Source: the human T2T-CHM13v2.0 reference genome, Homo sapiens. From it: a stretch of DNA of 64,000 nucleotides. Made by a program: the position numbers and the translations under genes. The stretch is taken from the NCBI RefSeq assembly GCF_009914755.1, contig NC_060936.1; one strand, 5' to 3'. Of this stretch, positions 1 to 11,814 are shown piece by piece. Within the stretch, counting starts at the first letter, position 1. Each line of letters opens with the position of its first letter. The notes under the pieces are model-generated. The model saw only the letters and a program-made list of their open reading frames with translations, was not told the DNA's origin and did no database searches.

Positions 1-100
1 CAGGAAACTGAGGCTCAGAGGGGTTAATTGATTAGTCCACATCTACTCAGTCAACAAGTAGCAGAACCAATATTTGGACCCTGTCTGGTGTCACAGCTGG
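1..100 (-). mobile_element. MIR SINE fragment
   Basis: GAAACTGAGGCTCAGAG...GGTTAA is the reverse complement of the MIR core. Confidence 0.7.
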
Positions 101-234
101 TTAGCTTTTTATTCACACACATTATGGCTGTGATTCATGGAGAATTTCCACTAATAAGGATGATTAAATAGAGTTGAGATATCTGGTGTGCACTCACATT
201 CTGCTACTTTTAAATACTTGTTTTAGAATTAAGG

Positions 235-690
235 AATCATAGATTTCAGGATTGGGAGAGACTTTATAGGTCATTTAGCCTAAACTCCCTGTTGATTCCT
301 GCAAAAGCCTTGTCAAGCAATTTTTTTCCAGCTATGCTTCTGCACCTCTAGTGATGTGGAAAGCCTAAGGCAACATTTCCATTATTAAGCCGTTTGAAAA
401 TTACAAAGTTCCTCTTTACACTGAGTCAACATCAGCCTCCCTTTTAGCTTTTGAAGCCACATAGAACAGAGGCAGCCATATAACTGGAAGACAGTAATCA
501 TACTCCCATTTCAACTTCCATAATAGAATTCCTTATTTACTTGATTTTTCCCTCATAGCATATAGTTTGAGGTCAGGTTTCCATCCTAGTTAATTTCTTC
601 TGCACACTTTTGAGTTTGTCTCTATCTCTTTTAAAGAGAAGCATTCAGAACCTAAGACTGTTTCTGTTTTGTTTTTGATTGGGGTCAGAC
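235..690 (-). mobile_element. L3/CR1 LINE fragment
   Basis: GAATCATAGA...GGTCATTTAG and CACCTCTAGTGATG...AAAGTTCCTC resemble the reverse complement of the L3 3' end; heavily diverged. Confidence 0.55.
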
Positions 691-1057
691 CGTATGTCTG
701 CCCCTGTCAGATCATGTTACTACTGACTCATGGTGAGGTTACCACTGACTCAAGCCCTGCTGTTTACCCACATTACTGCTAATAAAGCACGTTTCCTCAT
801 CCTGGGCTCATACAGTTTTTATCCTGTTTGTCAGCATTTACCTTTATTAGTAAAGATACTTAAAAAGATTAAATCCCTTGCTCAAGATTTGCAAGTTATT
901 TTGAATCCTAATGTCAAGGCAAACATCTCTACTTACAAGAAAATCACTTTGCTTCGTGAACACATTTTTATTTCTTTTGCATGATTTCATGTATCTTCAT
1001 TATGCAAGTGATGTTTTGTAGCATAGGTAGAAATTTGTGTATGTGTTATTTTAAACA

Positions 1058-1180
1058 TTGGGTGCTGGGCTTAATACCTGGGTGACGAAAGAATCTGCAC
1101 AAAAAGTCCCCGTGACAAGAGTTTACTTATGTAACAAACCTTCACATGTACTTCTGAACCTGAAATAAAAATTAAAAAAA
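1058..1180 (+). mobile_element. Older L1PA 3' tip
   Basis: TACCTGGGTGACGAAAGAATCTGCAC...GTAACAAACCTTCACATGTAC followed by AATAAA and an A-rich tail. Confidence 0.8.
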
Positions 1181-1640
1181 TGATATGTTAGCCTATCTTC
1201 ACAGTGGATAGGCTGAAGATACAGGCCTATAGACAACCTATGACTCCTGGCAGATTGGTTTGCAGCAGTTTGTTACCTTGATCTTGGCTTGCAGCAAAAT
1301 GTTGACTGTGAAGGAACCTGGGCTCTCAAAGGAGATGTCAAATTCTTATGAGCCAGGCCAATGTCCCATCCGACTGTGAATTTTTCCAATTTTTCAACTA
1401 TTTGGAACAAGGATGGAAATGGAGCTTTGTACAAAATGATGAAGTTCGTTTAGTACCTGAATAGTGACTTAATACCAAGACAGAAATCCTGAAAAGGGCA
1501 CACTGAGAATAAATACACAAATTACCTAAAACTGAGGCTTAACCATTGACAAAGGTAGCAATTTCTGAGGCTCCAGGATAGACAAATGTTACTGACCTTT
1601 GTTCCAACTGAATTTTTTCCCAAAATCTGAAATAGACTTT

Positions 1641-1955
1641 TCTTCTCCTTCTCCTTCTTCTTCTTCTTTTTAATTTGAGACAAGGTCTTGATCTATCAGC
1701 CAGGCTGGAGTATGATGGCATGATCATAGCTCACTGCAGCCTTGAACCCCTGGGCTCAAGAGATCCTCCCACCTCAGCCTCTGGATTAGCCGGGACTACA
1801 GGTGCAAGCCACCATGCCCGGCTATTTTTTTTGTAGAGACAAGTCTCACTAAGTTGCCCAGGCTGGTCTCAAATTCCTGGCCTCAAGCAATCCTCTTGCC
1901 TCAGCCTCCCAAAGTGCTGGGATTATAGGCATTTTGAGTCATCACACTGGGCCCT
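1641..1955 (-). mobile_element. AluJ SINE
   Basis: Reverse-complement Alu dimer with J-type positions (ATCATAGCTCACTGCAGCC, GGGCTCAAG); CTT-rich tail; target-site duplication (TSD) AATAGACTTT at 1631-1640 and 1958-1967. Confidence 0.92.
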
Positions 1956-2649
1956 GTAATAGACTTTCATAACACCTTTATTTCATACTCAGGAAAGGAA
2001 TATATCGCAAAGAAAATATTGAATAGGGAGATATTTTCTGTATGCTTTATTATTACCAGCAATACTTATATATACATGTCTAGAGTAAAAGTCCAATAAA
2101 ATTATACAAGTTTACCGTTTTTAAATCTAGATATGAGCTTAAATATTATCTAAAAATATTTTAAAATTGAAAATTTCTGAGGATTAAGAAGAAGGAATTT
2201 GGTAAATGTTGACAGTATTTGAATTAAGCTAAGGAAAGAAATTCCGTAGGTTAAAGAACTAATAGCTTGTAGTCAGGAACTTAGATTTAGAAAGTGAAAG
2301 ATTGTTGGCAAAAATCACAATATAAAAGATATCTTCAAGTTTATCTAATTAAGCTACAATTTAAAAATGTGGTTGTCCATTAGAAATAATACTAGAGATT
2401 AGATGAGAAGGAGAAAGACATTGTTTTCATTGTATGTCCTTGTATATTATTTGCTTTTTTAAAAACAACAATGTGTATATATGATGAAAATGTATGTAAC
2501 AATGAAAATATCATTATAATAAATATAAATACAAAATAATTAATGAAAACTGAAAAAAGTTCATCTATTAAATTTGTAATGGGTTTTTGAGCATCCAAAA
2601 GTGACTCTACTAAGAACGACAAAGATGTGTGTTTCTATTGTTTTATTTC

Positions 2650-3698
2650 TACACCATTACCACACGGTTTTTATTACTCTTGCCTTATAAGTGTATATTT
2701 TAGTGAAATACTATATGATACTATAAGTCCCCTTATTATTTTTTTAATCTAGTCTATTTTTCCTGTTTCTTTTTTCAGATGAAATTTGTAATTATTTATA
2801 CCAACTTCCAAGACAGTCTTTATTAGGAAATTGAGTGGAATATCATTAAACATTTAAATTTTAATAATTTTAATCTGAAAGTATTGGCAACTCCAGAATA
2901 TAATGTCTTCTCATCAAATTAAATGGAATTTATTTATAATTCTTATTTATTTCATGTATTCAGATAATGTTTTTAAGTTTACTTCAAAAAATAGCTACAC
3001 ATTCCTGTTGAGCTAATTGCTGTGTAAGTTAGGTTATATGTCTCTAATGAAAATAATCTTTTCTATTATATTTTCTGGGTTTTGTTCATATATAAAAAAA
3101 GCACTTTATTTTATAAGTGATCACCTTTATATATTTCTATGATAATTTTCCAGTTAATTCTCTTGGGTTTTCTAGTCCAATAACCTACTGGTAATTATAA
3201 TTTGGTCTACCTTTTAATCATACTTCACAATCTCTTATTTGCAATTCAGTTTGAAAATGGAAAGTTTGTAAGTTTGGCACCAAAAGCTGACTTGAGAGGA
3301 TGTGAGGCTGTTTATAGTCATAATGATTCAACTTTGTGTGAATACTCATACATTTTAATCTAGAAGTATTACTGATTACAGAATGCTGCCCCAGTTTCTG
3401 TTGTTACAAGATATATAGTAAATTAACATTTCTAAAACCAGAAAACTTCTAAATTCTGAAATACATCCAATCCCAGAGACAAATAAGGAATGTAGACTAT
3501 ACTTATATACCTTTTTTTAACTTTTCTTATTGAGCTAGCTAGAATTTTTTTCTGTGTTGAATAAGTGATAAGTGATTTTTACTCTTTTTTACTTTAATGA
3601 AGTGTAATAATCTAATGCCTTAGAGTTAAGTATGATATTGACTAAAATCAAAATGGGCATTCTTTATCATGATGAAAAAGAATGGCTTTTTAAAATGA
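2650..3698 (-). mobile_element. Ancient L1M (ORF2-derived) fragment; further pieces near 4017-4100, 7020-7230 and 9140-9320
   Basis: T-rich, degenerate antisense L1 ORF2-like sequence. Confidence 0.55.
3221..3501. mobile_element. TcMar-Tigger-type non-autonomous DNA transposon relic
   Basis: Degenerate terminal inverted repeats (CACAATCTCTTATTT / AAATAAGGAATGTAG) and a Tigger-like subterminal AAATTCTGAAATACATC. Confidence 0.45.
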
Positions 3699-4016
3699 TG
3701 CGAATTTTTCTAATTTTCCAACTATTTGGAAGAAGTATAGAAATGGAGCTTTGCACAAAATGATGAAGTTCCTTTAGTACCCGAATTGTGACTTAATACC
3801 AACACAGAAAATTCTGAAAAGAGCATACTGAGAATAGATACACACATTACCTAAAACTGAGGTTTAACCATTGACAAGTGTAGCAATTTCTGAGGCCCCA
3901 GGGTAGGCAAATGTTAGTGATCTTTGTTTCAATTGATTTTTTCCAAAATCTGGATTAGACTTTTCTTTTTTTCTTCTTTTTAATTTGAGACAAGGTCCTG
4001 TTCTGTCACCCAGGCT
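3699..4016 (+). repeat. Local direct copy of 1375-1706
   Basis: Manual alignment gives about 88% identity over the unique part; the copy includes the tail and 3' tip of the AluJ. Confidence 0.95.
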
Positions 4017-4120
4017 TTGTTTGCTGAGAGAAATAGATTTTTGTTTCAAATATATATTCCGTATTACTGAGATGAAAATATTGTTTTCTACTTTGATTTT
4101 GCAGTTTGCATCATTGGTTC

Positions 4121-6586
4121 TGTGTTAGTTCGTTCTTGTATTGCTATAAAAGAATACTTGAGACTGGGTAATTTATGTAGAAAAGTGTTTTATTTTGGCT
4201 AACCATCCTGTAGGCTGTACAAAAAGCAAAGAGCTAGCATCTGCTTCTGGGGAGACCTTAGGAAGCTTCCAGTCATGGCAGAAGGTGAAGGGGGAGCAGG
4301 CATATCGCATGACAAGAGTTGGAGCAAGGGAGACAGGGAGGAGGTGCCACACTCATTCAACAGCCAGATCTCTGTGAACTCATAGAGTGAGAACTCACTC
4401 ATTGTCTCAAGGACAACACCAAGCCCTTCATGAGGAATCTGTCCTCATGACCCAAATACTTCCCACTAGACCTATCTCCAACATTGGAGGCAACATGTCA
4501 ACATGAAATTGGGAGGAGACAAATATCCAAACCATATCATTCCACCCCTGGACCCCTAAATCTCAAGTTCTTTTCACATTACAAAATACAATCATCCCTT
4601 CCCAATAGTCCCAAAGTTTTAAGTCATTCCAGCATTAACTCAAAAGTTCAAGTCCCAAGTCCAAAGTCTCATCTGGAGGTGAGTTTCTTCTACCTATGAT
4701 TCTGTAAGACCAAAAACAAGTTATTCACTTCCAAGATACAATGGAGTTACAGGTATTGGGTAAACATTTTGATTCCAGAATGGAGATATCAACCACAAGA
4801 AAGGGGTAACACGCCTCAAGCAAGTCCAAAACCCAAGAAGGGAGTCGTTAAATCTTAAAGCTCCAAAATAATTTCCTTTGACTCCATGTACCTACCTTGA
4901 GGGCACACTGGTACAAGGGGTGGGCTCCCAAGGCTTTGGACAGCGCTGTCTCTATGGTTTTGCAGGGTGCAGCCCCAGTGGCTGCTCTCACAGGTTGGAG
5001 TTGAGTTTCTGTGGCTTTTCCAGGTTCAGGATTCAAGCTGCTGGAGGCTCTACCATTTTGAGGTCTGGAGGGCAGTGGCCCACTTCCCAGAGCTCTACTA
5101 GGAAGTGCCCCAGTGAAGACTCTGTGTGGGAGCTCAAACCCCAAATTTACCCTCAGCACTGGCCCAGTAGAGTATCTCTGGGGACTCTACCCTGTAGCAA
5201 GCTTCTGCCTGGGCACCCAGTGTTTTTATACATCCTTTGAAATCTAGATGGAAGATGCCAAGCCTCCTTCACTCTTGCATTCTGTGCACCTGCAGGCTTA
5301 ACACCACATGGAAGCCACCAAGACTTATGACTTGCATCCTCCTGAAGAGTGGCTCAAACTGTACCTGAGGCCCTTTGAGCTGCAGCTGGAGCCAGGAGCT
5401 GGGATGCAGAGAGGAGTGTCCTGAGGCTGCAAGGGCAGCAGAGCCCTGGGTGTGGCCCCCAAAACCATTCTTTCCCCTAGGCCTCTGGACCTGCAATGGG
5501 AGGAAATGCCTAAAAGATCTCTGAAATGCCTTTGAGGCCTTTTCCCATTGTCTTGGATATTAACACTTGGCTCCCTTTTAGTCATGCTAATCTCTCTAGC
5601 AAGTGGTTGCTCTGCAGCCTTTCTGGATTCTTTCTCCAACAAAATGCCAGACTGCGTGCAAATTTTCTAAACTTTTACTCCCTGCTTCCCTTTTAAATAT
5701 AAGTTCCAACTTTAAGTCTTGTTTTTGCTCCTGCATCTAAGCATAGGTAGTTAGAAGCAGCCATGCCACATCTTGATTGCTTTGCTTCTTATAAATTTCT
5801 TCTGCCAGATACCCTAAGTCATCACTCTTAAGTTCAAAACTTCCACATATCCTTAGGATGAGAAAATGATGCAGCCAAGTTCTTTGTTGAGGCATAACAC
5901 AGGTAACCTTTACTCCAGTTTACACTATATTCCTCATTTCCATCTGAGATCTCGTCAGCCTGGATTTCACTGTTCATATTTCTATCAGCATTTTGGTCAC
6001 AACCATTTAGAAAGTCTCTAAGAAGTTCCAAACTTTGCCCCATCTTCCTGTCCTTCTGAGCTCCCCAAACTTTTCCAACTTCAGCCTGTTACCAAGTTCC
6101 AAAGTTGCTTCCACATTTTTAAGTATCCTTATAGCAATGTCCCACTCCTCAGTACCAGTTTTGTGTGTTAGTCCATTCTTGTATTGCTATAAAAGAATAT
6201 CTGAGACTGGGTAATTTATAATGAAAAGTGATTTATTTTGGCTCATGGTTCCACAGACTGTACATGAAGTGTGGTGCCAATATCTCCTTCTGGTGAAGAC
6301 TCAGGAAGCTTACAATGATGGTGTAAGGTTGAAGTGGGAGAAGGCATATCACATGGCAAGAGTGGGAGCAAGAGAGAGAGAGGAGGCGGGTGCCAGGCTC
6401 TTTTAAACAACCAGGTCTCATGTGAACTAATTGAATGAGAACTAACTCATTACCATGAGGACAGGCCAAAGACATTCATGAGGGACTTGCTCCCATGATC
6501 CAAACACCTCCCACTTGGCCCATCACCAACATTGGAGGTAACATTTCAACTTGAGAGTTGGAAGGGACACACATCCTTCCATATCA
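4121..6586 (-). mobile_element. Full-length MST (MaLR) element: LTR 4121-4539, internal 4540-6163, LTR 6164-6586
   Basis: Two similar LTRs (TGTGTTAGT...CCATATCA); MaLR internal ORF remnants (LNGCDQNADRNMNSEIQAD); 5-bp TSD GGTTC/GGTCC. Confidence 0.93.
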
Positions 6587-6591
6587 GGTCC

Positions 6592-7018
6592 TAATTTTTC
6601 ACCCCTCTCATGTGACTTTACAGTTCCTCCCATTTAAAAGGGAAGAGTATTATTTCTCCAACCCTTGACTGGATTCAGTCTTATAACTATTTTTGGCCAA
6701 TAGAGTGAGGCAGAAATGACAGTGTACCAGTTCTGAAACTGTGCCGGCAGAGCCTTTGAATGTTTTTTTTGTCTCTCACACCTCTGCCATCATCATGAGA
6801 AGAATATGGCTTTGCTAGCTCCAAATCTGGGCTCGACATTCTTCTGCTCCAAAGAAGATGAGAGAGCCATGTGGAGCAGAGCCTCTCCAGATGAGGCCAG
6901 CCTAGGTCAATGAAACTCCAGCCAACACACTGACACTCAACAAATGCTTTCTGGTGCATGCTGCTGAGATTTTATAATTGCCTGTTATACAACATTGTAG
7001 CATTAGTTGGCTGATGCA
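6592..7018 (+). mobile_element. MLT1-family solo LTR, probably interrupted near its 5' end by the MST
   Basis: TTTGGCCAATAGAGTG...GAAATGACAGTGT motif and MLT1-like 3' end CTGAGATTT...GTTATACAACA...GCTGATGCA. Confidence 0.7.
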
Positions 7019-7652
7019 AATATATTATTAGCTAATTATATTGATTGAATTTCTGGTATTAAACTATTTTACATTTCTGAAACAGAATTGTTTATTATTA
7101 TTTCAACACAGGACTGAATTCAGTCTGCTTAATTGTTCATTTAGAACTTTCTGTTTGCATTCAATGGTCATCTTAGTCTATTTTATCTTTCTCAGGTTGG
7201 AGCATTAAAGTTATGTTATCATCATAAAACGTACTGGGATATTCCCCTAACTTCAACCTCAACATACAGCAGTATACAAATGCTGATTCCTAGAAAAGTT
7301 CTCATGATTCCCTGGTATAATGAAAAAAAAAAATAAGGAAGATGCAATGGGTTTTATAACGTCATTTGATTTAAAGAATAGTCCTTAATTCTGATCTTAT
7401 GCACTTCCCATATTCTCAATGTTAGATTATTTATTCTTTTGCAAAATGATTCTGCTGATAAATGGTAATAAAAAAGAATGTTTCTACTACAAAAATTAAA
7501 ACCTGGCAATCCCATGTTGGTCTCTCCAACTTTTCCCCTTAGCTCTCATAGTTTTTGAAATCCAAAGTTTGAAACCGTTTGTCTAGAACAATTTAAAGAG
7601 CATGTAATTAAATATAAAATAATTTGTGCCTTGAGAATTGGAGCTATTCTGA

Positions 7653-8216
7653 AGCAGTATGAAAGAGTGGTAGAGAATAGGAACTTTGAACCGTGTGGCC
7701 TCTAGCAGTCACTTAACCATTCCAAGAATCATTTTACTCCCTTGTAGAACAGGGCTAATAAGTAGGTACCTTTTAGGTCTATTATAAGGTCATATGTTAT
7801 AAGATACTTAGCATAATATTGTACATATAGTAAGTACCTGATATGGCTTGGCTCTGTCTCCACCCAAATCTCAACTTGAATTGTATCTCCCAGAATTTCC
7901 ATGTGTTGTGGGAGGGACCTGGGGGAGGTAATTGAATCACGGGGACCGGTCTTTCCCGTGTTATTCTCGAGACAGTGAATAAGTCTCACGAGATCTGATG
8001 GGTTTATCAGGGGTTTCCACTTTTGCTTCTTCCTCATTTTCTCTTGCTGCTGCCATGTAAGAAGTGCCTTTCACCTCCCAATATGATTCTGAGGCCTCCC
8101 AGGCCATGTGGAACTGCAGGTCCAATTAAACCTCTTTTTCTTCCCAGTCTCGGGTGTGTCTTTATCAGCAGCATGAAAACAGACTAATACAGTACTCAAT
8201 AAATATTAGCTATTTT
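7653..8216 (+). mobile_element. MIR split by a THE1A LTR
   Basis: MIR 3' end ACATATAGTAAGTAC|TCAATAAATATTAGCTATT is split at the LTR. Confidence 0.7.
7839..8191 (+). mobile_element. THE1A solo LTR
   Basis: TGATATGG...GACTAATACA termini; THE1A-type ATCAGGGGTTTCC; TSD GTACC/GTACT. Confidence 0.92.
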
Positions 8217-8289
8217 CATTACTAGTATTTTGATATTTTTCTCTGAATATATTTTGTTCTTAAAATGTTTTCTGTTCTTGATTTAATTT

Positions 8290-9140
8290 TTAAAACTTTT
8301 TGAATTGAAGTATAACATATATATTTAAAAATGCAGAAATCAAAGTGTATTACTTAATATTTAAAACAAATCAAACATATCCATGTAACGACCTAGGTCA
8401 AGAAATAGAATATTACCAGCATCTCAAGAATCTCCCATACAGACACATACAAGCACCCTACCAATGAAAAGTATCCATTATATATAATTCTCCTCAAAGG
8501 TATCCTTATTTCTAACACCATAGATTATTTTTCTGTTTTTGAAATTTTTATAAATAGAAGTATACAATATATAATATGTAATTTTTTTTGGTCTGGAATC
8601 CATTGCCTGAAATCGTATTTTTAAGAGTCAAGTGTGTTGGTGTGACATGTTTGGCTCTGTGTACCCACCCAAATCTCATCTCAAACTGTAATCCCCATGT
8701 GTCGAGGGAGGGACCTTTAATCTCCACATGTCGAGGCAGGGAGGTGATTGGATCAATGGGGGTGGTTTTCCCCATTCTGTTCTCGTGATAGTGAATAAGT
8801 TCTCATGAGATCTGACGGTTTTATAAGTGTTTGGAAGTTTCTCCCTCACTCTTTTTTCTCTCCTGATGCCTTGTGAAGAAGGTGCCTGCTTCCTCTTCAC
8901 CTCCCACCATGATTGTAAGTTTCCTGAGTCCTCCCCAGCCATGTGGAGCTGTGAGTCAATTAAACCTCTTTCCTTTATAATTTTCCCAGTCTTGGGTGTT
9001 TCTTTAAAGCACAGTGAAAATGAACTAATACAGTGCATGCAGCTATAGATTTTTCATATTAATGTATAGTATCCAATTGTGTGATTAGAACACAATTTAT
9101 TTATTCATGCTAATATTGATGGATTGTTTCCAATTTCATG
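8290..9140 (-). mobile_element. L1ME/L1MC 3' UTR fragment interrupted by THE1D
   Basis: TTGAAGTATAACATA, GGTCAAGAAATAGAATATTACCAGCA and CACAATTTATTTATTCA motifs. Confidence 0.7.
8643..9032 (+). mobile_element. THE1D solo LTR
   Basis: TG...TTTGGCTCTGTGT...GTCGAGGGAGGGACC...CAATTAAACCTCTTTCC...CTAATACA. Confidence 0.88.
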
Positions 9141-11502
9141 ATATATCATCAAAATATAATCACATTATTGGTCTTTTTAAGAACCAACTTTTGGATTTGT
9201 TAATATACTACTGGCTTTATGCTAGCTAATTAAGATCTGCTTTTATCTTTATTAACTCATTTGTCCTTCTTCCTGGCAGTTTTCTTTCCTAAGTTTAAGT
9301 TGAACACTTAGTTTATTTAGCTTAATTTGGTGAAGATGCGTTTGCTTGTCCCAGATTTTTCATGAGATGAGATTTTTCATGAGATGAAGTCTCTTTTTCA
9401 TGAGATGAAGTCTAAATGCGTTAGGAGGCAAAACTTGGGTGTATTTTTCTGAACACAATTAAATCGCTTTTAAATGTTAGTTTATGATGTTGTGAGTTTT
9501 TGTTTTTTTCTTTGCACTTATTTTAGTGGGAAGTTGCACTAGGCTCCATAATTGCTGTCAACCAAATCCTGTATGAAGCTGGAAGTCTGTACTATGGAAA
9601 ATCTGCTAATTGTATCCATGCTCCCATCCATCCATCCATCCATCTACCCATATATCCATAATTTTATGTGAAATACACCACGAGGTGCTAGAAACATTTA
9701 GGTGAACAGATAGAAAGGTTTTCTTAAGGAAGGACAAGAGGGAGCTGCAATTAAACAGGGACTGACAGGATCAATTTGCATTTTAGAAAGGCAATTCTGA
9801 TGGCAATATGGAGAACAAACTGTAATTCAGCAAATTGGAATGTAGGAGCAGCTCTTCAGAAGAATGGATGACCTTCAGGTGCTCACTGTTCATGAGGAGC
9901 TGGTGAGGTGTGGCAGTGGTGCCAGGAGGGAACATTTTTTATTACATAAAGTCTTCATGATGCAACAGATCTATTTTTTTTGGCACACGAATAAGAAACT
10001 ATGCCCTTAAAGAAGATAAAGTCTCCAATTGTTTCTTTTTAAAAGTTTCTTATCCTAATGTCTAATAGGAATCATTAGAAATTAATATTTTTCTAACTAG
10101 AGGCAAGTGATAATGTCTCAAAATTTCCACAGCTGTTTCAAACGAAATCTTAGCATTAATCTATTTCTTTTTCTGTGACATTTTAAATACTAATGTAGCA
10201 TTCATAACACCTTTCCAGAATCCAAATTATATTTTATAGGAAGTAAAAATGTCTTTGAGCCAGGCTATTCATCCAAAGCATTAAGAGTTTCAGCTAGATA
10301 ATTAGAGACTGGTTAAAAAAAAATGTGAATATGAAGTAGCAGAGCTAATTCTAATGAACCACCTAGGACGATTAATCTTATAAGTTTAATGTTCTGTCAC
10401 TTAATATTTAAAAAAAATTTTGGAAATAAAAGACACCATCACATGATGACTAATCGAAGCTGGAGCATTTGAAAGTGATTTGAGAGGGAAAGTGAGAGGT
10501 ACCTCCTGGTGAATATACTAGCTTAAGGAGCAATGTGGTATTTGGGTTTCTGAACCTGCAGGTTCTACAGCCTTGTGCTTATACCGTGACTCGTGAAGGA
10601 AAGGAGGCTGACACAGGTAAAGAAAATACCAGAAGTGTCATAAAAGAGGATTTGGTAATTCAGCAAAGCTCTGAGTCAGTAACTACCACAGGTCTGGCAT
10701 GGCAATTGCAGGCCATGGATTATTAAAACGGCCTTGTTTGAAATGAAATTTAAAAATGGAGGTCTTAGCCCTGGATCTCCTTTTTGTAAATAGCATTTTT
10801 AGAGAACTGACCACAATGCTTGAAAAAGGTTACAATTCATCAACCTAAGCCACCCATTTATGGTTTGGTGTTGATGCTTTTCTCTACTCACTCTCTAAGG
10901 TTAGTTAAGATGTTGTTAGATTGTTTTCTCACCTTGATTTAGAAGAGAATGATGGTCCCTGGCTGGACAGGCACAAGGATATCTCTCTAGGGTGGTGAGG
11001 GGTGAGGAATGAGGGCAGATTGGGGATGAGGGAAGTGGAGGGAGAGATGGGAGGAGGAAAATAGCATGTGGAATTAAACACATCCAAAGTTTTTGGTGTT
11101 CCTTAGATGACATTTATCAAAACAAATAAATCGTTAAATGGTATTTAGTTGAGCAAGTACAGTAACTGAAAAAAGTAAATGAAGTATGAGTCTACTATAT
11201 AATCAGAGTTTTAAATTCTTATTTTACTTTTTCTTCAATATGTAGTCTTAAGAATTATATGAGAGATGAATTCTTTATAAAGAATGAATAAATTCCGGAA
11301 TCAAGATAAAAGCATTGTAAAGTTATAGTTGAAAGCAAAGGGTGAATATTGGAATTTTCAAAAAAATTTCTAATGCTCCAGCAAGGGGTTTTTAATTTAT
11401 TTTTTAAACCACTGAATACCAATAGCTTCCAGGAGAGGGGGATAGAGAGTCAATTGATTTGACTGAGGCTCTATTAGAAAATCCAGTTTTAAAAGTTAAA
11501 CC

Positions 11503-11814
11503 AGCCTGGCGCCGTGGCGCATGCCTGTAATCCCAGCACTTTGGGAGGCCGAGGTGGGCGGATCGCTTGAGCCCAGGGGTTTGAGACCAGCCTGGGCAAC
11601 ATGGCACTACTCCATCTCTACAAAAATACAAAAAAGTGGCCAGGCGTAGTGGCGCACGCCTGTGGTCTCAGAAACTCCGGAGGCTGAGGTGGGAGGATCA
11701 CATAAACTCGGAAAGTCAGGGCTGCAGTGAGCTGAGATGCCGTCACTGCACTCCAGTCCAGGCACAGAGTGAGACCCTCTCTCAAAAGAAAAAAAAAAAA
11801 AAGAAAGAAAGAAA
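11503..11814 (+). mobile_element. AluJ SINE
   Basis: Dimer with GCTTGAGCCCAGG, GGGCAACAT and GGGAGGATC J-type diagnostics; A-rich tail. Confidence 0.92.

Noticed and set aside
4848-6475. Cluster of ORFs on both strands
   Set aside because: All lie within the MST internal region or LTR; decayed MaLR frames.
9356-9413. CRISPR-like repeat array
   Set aside because: Repeats are 15 bp with 2-6 bp gaps, in eukaryotic context with no cas genes.
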